NCBI GenBank assembly: GCA_048939245.1 | Contig: JBHLPR010000001.1 | Coordinates: forward strand, 82,622 to 146,621 | Direction of reading: 5' to 3' | Length of the DNA: 64,000 nucleotides | Origin: Promethearchaeota archaeon | GTDB taxonomy: Archaea > Asgardarchaeota > Hermodarchaeia > Hermodarchaeales > Hermodarchaeaceae | Part shown: piece after piece, positions 63,873 through 64,000 of the stretch | Position numbering within the stretch: the first letter of the stretch is position 1 | Layout of the letters: each line of letters begins with the position of its first letter | Notes under the pieces: generated by a model | Told to the model about the DNA's origin: nothing | The model's input: only the letters and a program-made list of their open reading frames with translations | Database searches by the model: none | Program-made: the position numbers and the translations under genes

Positions 63873-64000
63873 CTATTCGTCTCCTAGTTCAATCCCAAGC
63901 ACTTCATCTAATTTATGCTCGGTCTTCTTTTCTAATTGCACTATGGACTGTTCAAGAAACTCCTTGACTGTTCGTTTACTATCTGGGTGCTCTGCTTTCC
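63873..64000 (-). CDS. C-terminal fragment of an unidentified gene entering from the right window edge
   Basis: The minus-strand frame is open from 63998 to the TAG (complement of 63873-63875). It translates as KAEHPDSKRTVKEFLEQSIVQLEKKTEHKLDEVLGIELGDE. The fragment is too short to classify. Confidence 0.25.
   Translation of the reverse strand, partial: KAEHPDSKRTVKEFLEQSIVQLEKKTEHKLDEVLGIELGDE

Noticed and set aside
1-64000. Scan for CRISPR arrays, tRNA/rRNA genes, IS elements, integrases, prophage or defence-system genes.
   Set aside because: I saw no direct-repeat arrays, no cloverleaf-like intergenic sequences (all spacers are under 310 bp and AT-rich), and no transposase, integrase or nuclease-helicase defence signatures. 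A proper tRNAscan, Infernal or minCED run is still needed to exclude small RNAs.

Overview
This 64-kb window is a gene-dense chromosomal segment of an archaeon. It has about 48 protein-coding genes and is more than 90 % coding. The best fit is an Asgard-lineage genome, based on two eukaryote-like Rab/Ras-family small GTPases, an archaeal FEN1, a group 3b [NiFe]-hydrogenase operon (hydBGDA order), poly-T terminators and SD-led genes. This lineage call is an inference from gene content only. I found no rRNA, tRNA, CRISPR array, transposase or integrase by eye. The window is dominated by very large membrane-anchored surface proteins: a DUF3160-NHL protein, a 1591-aa S8 subtilase, a 1463-aa subtilase-like protein and a 697-aa M6 metalloprotease. 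Peptide and amino-acid catabolism is also well represented: OppBCDF, an M20 peptidase, an aminotransferase, hydantoinase/oxoprolinase HyuAB, a 3-hydroxyacyl-CoA dehydrogenase, and the hydrogenase with an adjacent Nox/CoADR-type flavoprotein. Housekeeping genes include pgk, fen and an endonuclease IV-like gene. The most unusual locus is a tightly coupled four-gene ABC operon (33130-41374, minus strand). It is built around the 1463-aa double-anchored protein, whose subtilase domain appears catalytically dead (Ser to Ala, oxyanion Asn to Asp). That protein also carries a GldG/ABC-auxiliary-like module and a cytoplasmic coiled-coil tail, and a Rab-like GTPase gene lies immediately downstream. Other notable items are an orphan 1619-aa apparently tail-anchored protein, an OppC permease with a roughly 400-aa tandem jelly-roll insertion in an operon lacking a binding-protein gene, an M6 protease with a cytoplasmic zinc-ribbon tail next to the second GTPase, and several orphan coiled-coil proteins. 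All functional calls rest on motif recognition by eye. No database search was run.
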